Of a DNA stretch of 64,000 nucleotides, positions 43,548-52,113 are shown piece after piece; positions within the stretch are counted from its first letter, which is position 1; the number at the start of each line of letters is the position of its first letter. Where the stretch lies: assembly GCA_964627035.1 (NCBI GenBank), contig CAZVKN010000001.1, positions 64,783-128,782 of the forward strand, read 5' to 3'. The DNA comes from an uncultured bacterium. Its GTDB lineage: Bacteria > Electryoneota > AABM5-125-24 > Hatepunaeales > Hatepunaeaceae. Below the pieces are notes generated by a model that searched no databases, was not told where the DNA came from, and saw nothing but the letters and a program-made list of their open reading frames with translations. Position numbers and translations under genes: made by a program.

Positions 43548-45476
43548 ATGAAACTATTATTTGTAACTGTCTTATCCATCTTACTTCTACCCGGTATTAT
43601 CTTATCACAACTGTCATTTGATCCACCGATAGACCGTGATGGCATTGAATTTGAGGACACTCCGGTCAATGAAGCCGCTGAGTTTAGGGTTACCGTAACT
43701 TGTCAGCCTCAGCAAAATGCCGGTCAGCAGGTTCGCATTAGCAATAATAATGATGTCTTTGACGCAGACCCGCGTCAGGTCAGAATGAATCCAAATGAGC
43801 GTCGTGAATTTGTTTTTACTTTTGAGCCGGATGAGGAACAAGAATATAATGACCAATATGTCATCACCGCCGGGGGTGAAAACGGTAGGATATTCATGTA
43901 CCGTGCTCGTGTCAGCGGAAACGGGGCAGAGGGACGTGCTGAAGTTTTCATTGATCAGATAGGTGAAGAGGTCTTGTTTCTCGTTGAGGACGAGGATGAA
44001 CTTCCATCTGCAGAACTTGTTGTGCAGAACAGTGGCAATGACATCGGATCATTTTCAGCCGACTATGAGGCTGATTGGCTGCTGGTGGATCCACTTCGTG
44101 GAGATGTGGAGCCTGATCAGGAGGTTGAACTGACGATTTCAATGACTGAAGATTTTCCGCGCGAAAACGGTGAATACGAGGAAATTGTAACCTTTCATCT
44201 CGATCACCCGGATGAAGATGAAGTTGAACTGTCTGTGACCTTAAGAGTGCACATTCTTGAGATTGGTGAGCAGGTTATTCCGCTCGAAGAAGGCTGGAAC
44301 ATGGTATCGGCAAATCGCGACTTGATTGATCTGGGGCAGGGAGTTCCAAGCATGGAGGAGCTTCTCGAGGATGTTATTGATGACATAATGATCATTAAAG
44401 ACGGTGTAGGAAGATTTTGCGTTCCCCGTTTTGATTTCTGGGGTATTGACCAGTGGAACACTGCTGACGGTTACCAGATTAGAGTACGCAATGACACGGA
44501 ACTTGTCATTTCCGGTCAACAGATCCCATATGACCGTCCCATTGAATTGAATCACGGATGGAATCTTATTGCTTACTATCCTTCGTATGAATTGTTCTTC
44601 CACGAAGCATTCAGAGAATTGGCGGAAGACAGTATCCTTGTTTTGGTGAAAAACGGACGGGGACGGTTTTGGGCACCTGCTTTCGGACAGTTTGGAGAAA
44701 TTGAAATTACACCGAATGAGGGCTTACAAGCATTGGTAACTGAGGACGCTGCATTCAGCTATCCGCGACAACCGGAGAGGGTTAACACTATTCCCCAAAC
44801 ACCCATGATAGATTTCCAGCATTTCCCGGAACCGATCAATACCAGCCAGGGAATGTCGGTTCTTTTTACTGAGATCACAGGAATGCAGATCGTCGGCGGG
44901 GCTGAAGTGGCGTGCATTACACCGGAAGGTGTTGTCGCCGGTGCTTGGGTAATAGATGCAGATTCTGCAGACCAACGATTCGGAATGGGCGTGTGGAAAG
45001 ATGACCCGGATACTGAGGTATCTGAAGGATTTGAAGAGGAAGGCGATCCCTTGCGTTTTCTGTACTGGGATCCGGTACATGACTGGGAACTTGATCTGGT
45101 AATTGACGTTGTTCAGGGCGATGGTACAATGGATGAAGCAGTTTATCAGACTGACGGACTGCTCGTAATAGGATCAGAGGTCTCGGTATCAGCGGATTAC
45201 CCAATATATCCGCACAGCTTCACGGTTTCAGGACTCTATCCAAACCCGTTTAATTCAACCAGTGAAGTCGAATTCAATCTTAATCGTGCAGAGAGAGTAA
45301 CTGTCTCACTGCATGAACTTTCTGGTAGATTGTTGCGAAGTTATTCTGACCGATTATATTCACAGGGATCACACAGGCTGTCGCTCCGGTTTGATGATCT
45401 GCCGACGGGTGTCTATTTACTGTCGTTACAGACGGCTGAAGTAAGAAAGGTTGTTCGTGCAGTGCTGATTCGTTGA
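43548..45476 (+). CDS. Hypothetical acidic secreted protein with a T9SS C-terminal sorting domain. It has N-terminal Ig-like repeats and a C-terminal module shared with the S8 peptidase at 52114..54684
   Basis: ATG at 43548 with GGAG 6 nt upstream; signal peptide; C-terminal YPNPFNSTSEVEF...GVYLLSLQT; no catalytic motifs recognised. Confidence 0.6.
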   Translation: MKLLFVTVLSILLLPGIILSQLSFDPPIDRDGIEFEDTPVNEAAEFRVTVTCQPQQNAGQQVRISNNNDVFDADPRQVRMNPNERREFVFTFEPDEEQEYNDQYVITAGGENGRIFMYRARVSGNGAEGRAEVFIDQIGEEVLFLVEDEDELPSAELVVQNSGNDIGSFSADYEADWLLVDPLRGDVEPDQEVELTISMTEDFPRENGEYEEIVTFHLDHPDEDEVELSVTLRVHILEIGEQVIPLEEGWNMVSANRDLIDLGQGVPSMEELLEDVIDDIMIIKDGVGRFCVPRFDFWGIDQWNTADGYQIRVRNDTELVISGQQIPYDRPIELNHGWNLIAYYPSYELFFHEAFRELAEDSILVLVKNGRGRFWAPAFGQFGEIEITPNEGLQALVTEDAAFSYPRQPERVNTIPQTPMIDFQHFPEPINTSQGMSVLFTEITGMQIVGGAEVACITPEGVVAGAWVIDADSADQRFGMGVWKDDPDTEVSEGFEEEGDPLRFLYWDPVHDWELDLVIDVVQGDGTMDEAVYQTDGLLVIGSEVSVSADYPIYPHSFTVSGLYPNPFNSTSEVEFNLNRAERVTVSLHELSGRLLRSYSDRLYSQGSHRLSLRFDDLPTGVYLLSLQTAEVRKVVRAVLIR

Positions 45477-45523
45477 GTATCCGGCTACTGTCTGAAGCAA
45501 ATAGTTGCTAAATCACAAACAAC

Positions 45524-45561
45524 AGCCTATCTTGAACGAATCTCAGGATAGGCTTTTTTTT
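45524..45561 (+). terminator. Rho-independent terminator
   Basis: AGCCTATC...GATAGGCT stem followed by T8. Confidence 0.75.
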
Positions 45562-45574
45562 GAATCGAAGTACT

Positions 45575-45609
45575 GTAGTCGTGGTTGTCTCAACCACGAC
45601 TTAAAGTAG
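45575..45609. repeat. REP-like palindromic element E4 (single hairpin)
   Basis: GTAGTCGTGGTTG-TCT-CAACCACGAC, a perfect stem, followed by TTAAAGTAG; directly after the terminator. Confidence 0.6.
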
Positions 45610-45644
45610 TGCGAAGTTAGCACTCTACAAAAATTGAGGTCGTG

Positions 45645-48113
45645 ATGGGAACATATCCCTTCAAAGAAATAGAAAGAAAATGGCGAAAGCATTGGGAAGA
45701 AAAACTGATCAATAAGGTTGATCTCGATGCTGATGACAAAGAAAGACTTTACGTTCTCGTAATGTTTTCATATCCATCCGCAGAGAAACTACATATAGGT
45801 CACTGTTGGAATTATAGTGGTGTTGATACGTATGCGCGCTTCAAACGAATGCAGGGACACAATGTATTCGAGCCGATGGGGTTTGATGCGTTCGGTCTGC
45901 CAGCTGAAAATTTTGCGATAAAACATGGTGTGCATCCTGCTGCAACAACCGGAAATAGTGTCAACTTAATCCGTGAACAGATTAAGCAGATAGGTGCGAT
46001 GTATGACTGGAGCAGGGAAGTTGACACCTCCAAACCTGAGTATTACAAATGGACTCAATGGCTGTTTCTTCAGCTCTATAATGCCGGTGCGGCTTACAGG
46101 GAACAGGCGAAAGTAAACTGGTGTCCAACCTGCCAAACTGTGCTGGCTAATGAGCAAGTTCTGGAGGATGGAAACTGCGAGCGTTGCAGCAGTGCTGTTT
46201 CAAATCGCAACCTCAAACAGTGGTTTTTCAGGATAACCGATTTTGCTGATGACTTGCTGGAAGGATTGGACAGAATTGACTGGCCCGAGTCAACCAAGAT
46301 CAAACAGCGCAACTGGATCGGTAGATCTGAAGGGACTGAAATTGACTTTCAACTCGAAGGTCATGATGATAAAGTGCCGGTTTTCACGACACGTGCTGAC
46401 ACTCTATTTGGTGTGACCTATATGGTGTTGGCGCCTGAACATCCGTTGACACTGAAGATAAGTGCACCTGACAATATTGAGCAGGTCAAAGAGTATATAA
46501 AGGTCTCAAAAAATCTGACTGACATTGAGCGTCTTTCCACCAAGCGGGAAAAGAGCGGCGTGTTCACCGGTGCTTATGCGATTAATCCCGTTAACAGTGA
46601 ACGAATTCCGGTTTGGACGGCAGATTATGTACTCGGAACTTACGGAACGGGATCCGTGATGGCGGTGCCTGCGCATGACCAGCGCGATCATGAGTTTGCT
46701 ACGAAGTATAGTCTGCCGATCAGGCAGGTCATCAAATCCGGTGGGGGAGAGGACGACTCAATGGCAGAGCAAGCCTTTGAAGACTATGGGGTTATGGTCA
46801 ACTCCGGACAATTCGATGGAAATTCATCAAAAAATGGGCAAAATAAGGTCACGCAATGGCTGGATGATAAAAACTGCGGTCGTGCAACTGTCAACTACAG
46901 ACTCCGTGACTGGATCATCTCACGCCAGCGTTATTGGGGTGCTCCGATCCCGATAATCTATTGTCCAAAATGCAGTGTTGTTCCTGTCCCCGAAGATCAG
47001 TTGCCCGTTGAGTTGCCTTCGCAGATTGAAGATTTTTCACCGAAAGGAAGTTCACCACTTGGTGCTTGCAAGGAGTTCATGGAGACATCCTGTCCAAAGT
47101 GTGGGGGAGAGGCACAGCGAGATCCCGATACTATGGACACTTTCGTAGATTCGAGCTGGTATTATCTTCGTTACCTTTCAACCGAGTTTCACGACAGACC
47201 ATTCGACAGAGATCGCGTACACAATTGGCTGCCGACTCATGTGTATGTCGGTGGACCGGAACATGCCACAGCGCATCTGATTTACACCCGATATATCATA
47301 AAGTTCCTTAATTCACAAGGATTTATTGATTTCGATGAACCTGCTGACAAATTAGTGCATCAGGGGATCATCACCTATAAAGGGATGAGGATGTCGAAAT
47401 CGAAAGGCAATGTCGTTAATCCTGATGAATTCATTGAGAAATACGGATCGGATTGCTTCCGAATGTACCTTATGTTCATGGGTGACTTTACTGTCGGGGG
47501 AGATTGGTCCGATGACGGTATAAAAGGCATTAGGCGCTTCCTGAACCGTGTCTGGACTATGGTGGATGCCTGGAAGAACAGTACGGATGAGGAGCGGACA
47601 GAGGTGAGTGTATGCGATAATGACCGGGTAATGATGCACTCAACCATTAAAGCTGTCACAACCGACTTTGACAGGTTTCATTTCAATACAGCTATTGCTC
47701 GATTGATGGAATTCGTTAATCATCTTTACAAGATTGCCTCTGATGAAGACTGCATCTCATTTGAAGGTGTCCCTACAATTGAAGAGTCCCTGGATGTTCT
47801 AATCAAACTGCTGGGACCGTTGGCACCTCATATTAGTGAGGAACTATGGACAATGATGGGACACAAGGGAACTTTATTTGAACAGTCAATTCCAAATTGG
47901 GATGAAGCAATTCTAAAGCTTGATGAAGTTCTGTTGATTGTGCAGATAAATGGAAAGCTTATTGACCGTATCAATGTTCTGCGAGATGTGAACAAGCAAG
48001 TTGCTGAAGAATTAGTCAGCGAATCAGCGAAGGTCCGGAATAAATTGGAAGGAAAGAAGATTAAGAAAGTAATCTATGTTCCGAACAAGATCATTAACTT
48101 TGTTGTGATGTAG
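45645..48113 (+). CDS. leuS: Leucine--tRNA ligase
   Basis: HIGH motif (KLHIGHCWNY), KMSKS (MRMSKSKGN), CP1 editing domain; GAGGT RBS. Confidence 0.95.
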   Translation: MGTYPFKEIERKWRKHWEEKLINKVDLDADDKERLYVLVMFSYPSAEKLHIGHCWNYSGVDTYARFKRMQGHNVFEPMGFDAFGLPAENFAIKHGVHPAATTGNSVNLIREQIKQIGAMYDWSREVDTSKPEYYKWTQWLFLQLYNAGAAYREQAKVNWCPTCQTVLANEQVLEDGNCERCSSAVSNRNLKQWFFRITDFADDLLEGLDRIDWPESTKIKQRNWIGRSEGTEIDFQLEGHDDKVPVFTTRADTLFGVTYMVLAPEHPLTLKISAPDNIEQVKEYIKVSKNLTDIERLSTKREKSGVFTGAYAINPVNSERIPVWTADYVLGTYGTGSVMAVPAHDQRDHEFATKYSLPIRQVIKSGGGEDDSMAEQAFEDYGVMVNSGQFDGNSSKNGQNKVTQWLDDKNCGRATVNYRLRDWIISRQRYWGAPIPIIYCPKCSVVPVPEDQLPVELPSQIEDFSPKGSSPLGACKEFMETSCPKCGGEAQRDPDTMDTFVDSSWYYLRYLSTEFHDRPFDRDRVHNWLPTHVYVGGPEHATAHLIYTRYIIKFLNSQGFIDFDEPADKLVHQGIITYKGMRMSKSKGNVVNPDEFIEKYGSDCFRMYLMFMGDFTVGGDWSDDGIKGIRRFLNRVWTMVDAWKNSTDEERTEVSVCDNDRVMMHSTIKAVTTDFDRFHFNTAIARLMEFVNHLYKIASDEDCISFEGVPTIEESLDVLIKLLGPLAPHISEELWTMMGHKGTLFEQSIPNWDEAILKLDEVLLIVQINGKLIDRINVLRDVNKQVAEELVSESAKVRNKLEGKKIKKVIYVPNKIINFVVM

Positions 48114-48120
48114 TTAATCT

Positions 48121-48173
48121 GTAGTCGGGCTTGTCTCAAGCCCGACAATCACAGTTTAGCCAACCACGATTAC
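48121..48173. repeat. REP-like palindromic element E5 (GGGC/GCCC variant plus a degenerate second half)
   Basis: GTAGTCGGGCTTG-TCT-CAAGCCCGAC, a perfect stem, followed by a ...CCAACCACGATTAC remnant of a second arm; between convergent leuS and dctQ-like genes. Confidence 0.55.
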
Positions 48174-48249
48174 AATGCCATCATTTACTTTACATAATAT
48201 ATCTTATCGGACATCCTGTAGATCGAATGCGGCTGTCTGTTTAGGTTTT

Positions 48250-48747
48250 TCACTTCTTCCCTGATGTGCTGAAATCAAATGTCACGGCAAGAAAATAGGC
48301 AGCCATAATGAATATTGATACCGGAATCACCAACTCTACCAACCACAAAGAAGCGTCCCAACCAAACAGCAGACTCTTTTCGCTGTACCCACCCTCTTTC
48401 TCCAGCAGGACAAACTGGACAGCGAGATAGCCAAATCCGAGCAAGCTCAGTGATGCAAGCGCATACACAACTTGTGTAATTCGCTTTGCAATCTTTTCGG
48501 TCAGATAATGCTCCAATATATTAATGCAGATATGGCGATTTTCAGCGGCAGCAAGACAGCCGCCGATCAAACCGATCCATAACACCAGATAACGCAACTG
48601 AATATCAATCCAGAATATCCCGCTTGAAAACACAAATCTTAAGATCAACTGCAAAGCTGATATCAAAATCATCCATACGAGCAGCGTAACCGCAATCCAC
48701 CTAACCGCATGCTTCAGTATCAATAAGCTTCTAACTATCAAATTCAT
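48250..48747 (-). CDS. TRAP transporter small permease (DctQ-like)
   Basis: 165 aa, four predicted TM helices, immediately downstream of a DctP-like gene (4-nt overlap). Confidence 0.5.
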   Translation of the reverse strand: MNLIVRSLLILKHAVRWIAVTLLVWMILISALQLILRFVFSSGIFWIDIQLRYLVLWIGLIGGCLAAAENRHICINILEHYLTEKIAKRITQVVYALASLSLLGFGYLAVQFVLLEKEGGYSEKSLLFGWDASLWLVELVIPVSIFIMAAYFLAVTFDFSTSGKK

Positions 48748-49772
48748 TCGGTATTATTGTCAGATTGTTCACTTCTGAATTGTTGGATGTGTCTTTTTAT
48801 GTCGTCGAGAGTCTCTTTGGGACAGAGCTCATCAGTCAAACTGATCTGAACATTTTTTCCAGTGGACCTGAATTGATCCTGTTGTGATTCATCCGATAGT
48901 ATCGGTTTAATGCCTTCTTTCAGCAACTGTTCAAATGATTCTTCGCCGTTCTGCCGTGTAAGTAACTGTAAATTACTTAAATGTTTAGTTGACAGATTGA
49001 GTAAGATCTCCTGGTAAGGTGGATCAATCTTGTTGAAAGTCTTTCGGTCAACTAATACAGCACCGATTGCATAAGTGAACGGGATTGTGTTGACGTATTC
49101 CAGCTTGGTAAACCACTGCAACGCCAACGCCGCTATCGGTGAGCAGTAAACTGCGTTGATCAGTCCTGTCTGAAGGGATAGATGAACATCGGTAATCGGC
49201 AGCGAAATCGGTGACTTGCCCAGCTCTTTGTAAAACGCTTCAGCAAGCGGATCCCCCTCCCACATCCACATCTTCATTCCTGTGAAGTCATTCGGTTCAG
49301 CTATTGCTCTACCTGAAGAAAAAAAGTACACCCAACCGACATCCGCCCAACCGAGAAGCACATATCCTTTGTCATTCAACTTCTGCCTGAAATCATCAGT
49401 AGTCTTATCCATCACATAATCAAGCTCATCAATGGATTCAAACAGAAAAGGCAGCTCGAAAATGCGTATTTCGGGGATTATTTTGCCGAGTCCGAATCCG
49501 GTGAAACCTGCTGCATTTATCTGCCTCATGCGCATCTTTCGGATTACGTCCGACTCATTTCCCATTGACATATTTGGGTAGAATTTGAAGCTTACCTCTC
49601 CATCGGTCTGTTCTATTAGTTCGCTATTCAACTCCTGCATAATCTTCATCCAGGGTGAATTGGCGGGGGCAAGAGTTGCAAATCGTATGGTCGTCTTTGA
49701 AAATCCGCTGTTAGAAAGCAGAATAATGCATATTAGAGCAATAAATTGTGCGACATTAATTTTGTGTTTCAT
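48744..49772 (-). CDS. TRAP transporter substrate-binding protein (DctP family)
   Basis: 342 aa; signal peptide; ELPFLF motif and an overall DctP-like pattern. Confidence 0.7.
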   Translation of the reverse strand: MKHKINVAQFIALICIILLSNSGFSKTTIRFATLAPANSPWMKIMQELNSELIEQTDGEVSFKFYPNMSMGNESDVIRKMRMRQINAAGFTGFGLGKIIPEIRIFELPFLFESIDELDYVMDKTTDDFRQKLNDKGYVLLGWADVGWVYFFSSGRAIAEPNDFTGMKMWMWEGDPLAEAFYKELGKSPISLPITDVHLSLQTGLINAVYCSPIAALALQWFTKLEYVNTIPFTYAIGAVLVDRKTFNKIDPPYQEILLNLSTKHLSNLQLLTRQNGEESFEQLLKEGIKPILSDESQQDQFRSTGKNVQISLTDELCPKETLDDIKRHIQQFRSEQSDNNTE

Positions 49773-49781
49773 GTGTTATAG

Positions 49782-50660
49782 TCAGAAGTAATAGTCAACT
49801 CTGTGAAGTAATGCTTTAGCTTTTAGTTGTGCCACTGTGTTCAAGAGTACAAGCTCGCTGTCACTCTTGTCAATCGGATGGTCTATGATCTCATTCAACA
49901 ATTTGATGAACAAATTGCGGTCAAGTGATTGTATAGCATAGCTTTTGGCATACATCAGCTTGCCAAACAAAAACCTATTACCATAACCATTGGCAGAGTT
50001 ATAGTATTGCTGTGAAAGCTCCAAGCTGCCACCCGCTATCGGCGGAACAGTTGAATAGTAAACAGCATAATACCACATAGGACCGGCGAAATAGAAGGTT
50101 GAATCCTGCCTATATACCCACTCCATCAACAAATTTACACGTGGTATCTCAGCTAATACATTAAATGATGTTTCACGCTCTAAATTAATCAAACTGCTCC
50201 ATGCAACCGCTGTCCAATAAACAGACGGCACCTCTTCCCTATCTAATTCAGACAATGTCAAGCGCACATCACCAAGTCCCGAACTGCCGTTCAATTGCAC
50301 TTCTGACTGCAAGCTGTTAACGGCTCTAAAACCGTATTCACGAGCACGACGATACATGTTTATCGCACGTGTACGGCTGGAATCTTCGAGAAATAGCAGT
50401 GAGTATCCGGCGAAGCCCTTTGCTGCAACGGTCAGCAATTCGACATTGTCCGGATCAAGTCGGATCAGACCTTCAAGCAGCTTAAGTTCCGCTTCCATTC
50501 CGGTTCGAGCAAGTTCAATATCGTCTTCTGCCAATATGCTTTCTAGAGCACCTTTCACCATCAAAGATGCTGAGGATATCACCAAATCTCGCTTCAATGA
50601 GCAGCCATTAGTAAGAAGGACACTTACAACTATTAATAGTATTACAAATTTATGTTGCAT
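49782..50660 (-). CDS. TatT-like helical-repeat lipoprotein (TRAP-associated T-component)
   Basis: 292 aa; lipobox (LLTNGCSL); helical repeats; position immediately upstream of dctP as in TPR-protein-associated TRAP systems. The family call is tentative. Confidence 0.35.
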   Translation of the reverse strand: MQHKFVILLIVVSVLLTNGCSLKRDLVISSASLMVKGALESILAEDDIELARTGMEAELKLLEGLIRLDPDNVELLTVAAKGFAGYSLLFLEDSSRTRAINMYRRAREYGFRAVNSLQSEVQLNGSSGLGDVRLTLSELDREEVPSVYWTAVAWSSLINLERETSFNVLAEIPRVNLLMEWVYRQDSTFYFAGPMWYYAVYYSTVPPIAGGSLELSQQYYNSANGYGNRFLFGKLMYAKSYAIQSLDRNLFIKLLNEIIDHPIDKSDSELVLLNTVAQLKAKALLHRVDYYF

Positions 50661-50662
50661 GA

Positions 50663-51250
50663 TCAGATTGCGAGGAATGGATTGTATGTTCTTTCGAGTG
50701 CGAGTGTCGAATCAGGTCCATGCCCCGGATGGATGATAGTTTCAGATGGATAAGACAGTATTGAGTTAATGATATGATCTTTTTGCTGAGCATAATGCTG
50801 ATAATCTATGGTGCCACCTACAGATCCGGCGAATAGAAGATCACCGGTAAAGATATGACCAGCGAGATGCAACACCATCATGTCATCTGTATGACCGGGT
50901 GTGAGATGGAAAGTGCCTTCTAACAGTCCAAAATCAAAAGATTCCGATGTGTTGATGTGATTAGTTAGATTAAAGTTGTTATCTCTGTTTATATTTGTAA
51001 TATTAGGAAAATACTCCATCAATGTTTTAACTCCACTCACATGATCGTAATGGTTATGAGTAATAAACAGATACTTTAAGTCAAATGAATATTTACTAAT
51101 GGTAGCAAAGAGATCCTGATGAAGATTTCCAGCATCAATTAACATCGCTTGTCGAGTTGTCATACAGGCAACAAGGAAACTGTTGACCTCTTCAATCTCT
51201 GGAAATAGAAACCTTTTAATGAAAATCCTGCCGTTACAAAATGCTTTCAT
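50663..51250 (-). CDS. MBL-fold metallo-hydrolase (glyoxalase II-like)
   Basis: 195 aa; HNHYDH motif. Confidence 0.7.
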   Translation of the reverse strand: MKAFCNGRIFIKRFLFPEIEEVNSFLVACMTTRQAMLIDAGNLHQDLFATISKYSFDLKYLFITHNHYDHVSGVKTLMEYFPNITNINRDNNFNLTNHINTSESFDFGLLEGTFHLTPGHTDDMMVLHLAGHIFTGDLLFAGSVGGTIDYQHYAQQKDHIINSILSYPSETIIHPGHGPDSTLALERTYNPFLAI

Positions 51251-51268
51251 TGAAATTTCACCTGCCTT

Positions 51269-52108
51269 CTATCCACGTCTTGCCCTATCAAGTATAGTGC
51301 CATCTAAAATTGCTCTGTCCAATTTAGTCTCTATCAAATTTGCAGAACGAAATATTGTTCTTGTTAAGTCGCAGTCAGAAAAATCAGCATAATCAAGTTT
51401 CGCAGAAGCTAATCTGGCATAAAAGAATCCGGAACCTCTGAAACTCGCCTTAACCGCATTTACTCCGATTAGGTTCACTCTTGAGAAGTTACAGTTGTGA
51501 GCGGTTATTCCGAACAAATCTGCACCACCGAGCACAGCCATTTCACAGTTTGCATTGTCCAGCACTGAACCAGCCAGATCAACCAGATCTGCAATCCAGT
51601 CAATCCCGGAAATGCCCATCAAGTTTGAACCAGACAGTTTCGACGATGTCCATTTGGAGTAATCCAGCACTGCATGTTTCAGATTTATCTTAGGTAGATG
51701 GCAGTTCTCTGCTCTTGCATTGGTGAAATCAGCTCCGGCAGCCTCCACCCTACTCCCTTTGGATCCACGTAGGTTAGATCCACACAGTTGGGACTGTGTT
51801 ATTTTGAGCGAATCTACACTACACCTAACAAATCTTGATTTTGTCAGGACTGCATTGGACAGGTCGGCATTTGTGAGATCACATCCGGAAAAATTTGAAT
51901 CTGGTGTAATTATTCCGCTGAGGTTAATCCCGCTCAAATCCATTTCTGCAAGATTTAACCCCGGCATTAGCGGCTGCAATTCCAATCTCTGCTGAAGTTC
52001 CGTTCTAAAGCTGTTCTTGTCTTCAATATGGTGCCAACAGAGTTCTCGAAATGATATAGAATTCTGATTGCAGCCGGTGGCACTACAGATGTTTGGATTT
52101 GAATTCAA
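51269..52108 (-). CDS. Pentapeptide repeat protein
   Basis: 279 aa; tandem A(D/N)LxG-type pentapeptide repeats throughout; N-terminal Cys/His cluster (CSATGCNQ...CWHH). Confidence 0.8.
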   Translation of the reverse strand: MNSNPNICSATGCNQNSISFRELCWHHIEDKNSFRTELQQRLELQPLMPGLNLAEMDLSGINLSGIITPDSNFSGCDLTNADLSNAVLTKSRFVRCSVDSLKITQSQLCGSNLRGSKGSRVEAAGADFTNARAENCHLPKINLKHAVLDYSKWTSSKLSGSNLMGISGIDWIADLVDLAGSVLDNANCEMAVLGGADLFGITAHNCNFSRVNLIGVNAVKASFRGSGFFYARLASAKLDYADFSDCDLTRTIFRSANLIETKLDRAILDGTILDRARRG

Positions 52109-52113
52109 CGATT

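Noticed and set aside
48114-48249. Missing dctM downstream of dctQ, considered as a possible pseudogene or remnant
   Set aside because: The 136-bp gap holds only the REP-like element and AT-rich sequence. No frame contains M-like hydrophobic stretches, so nothing supports a degraded gene here.
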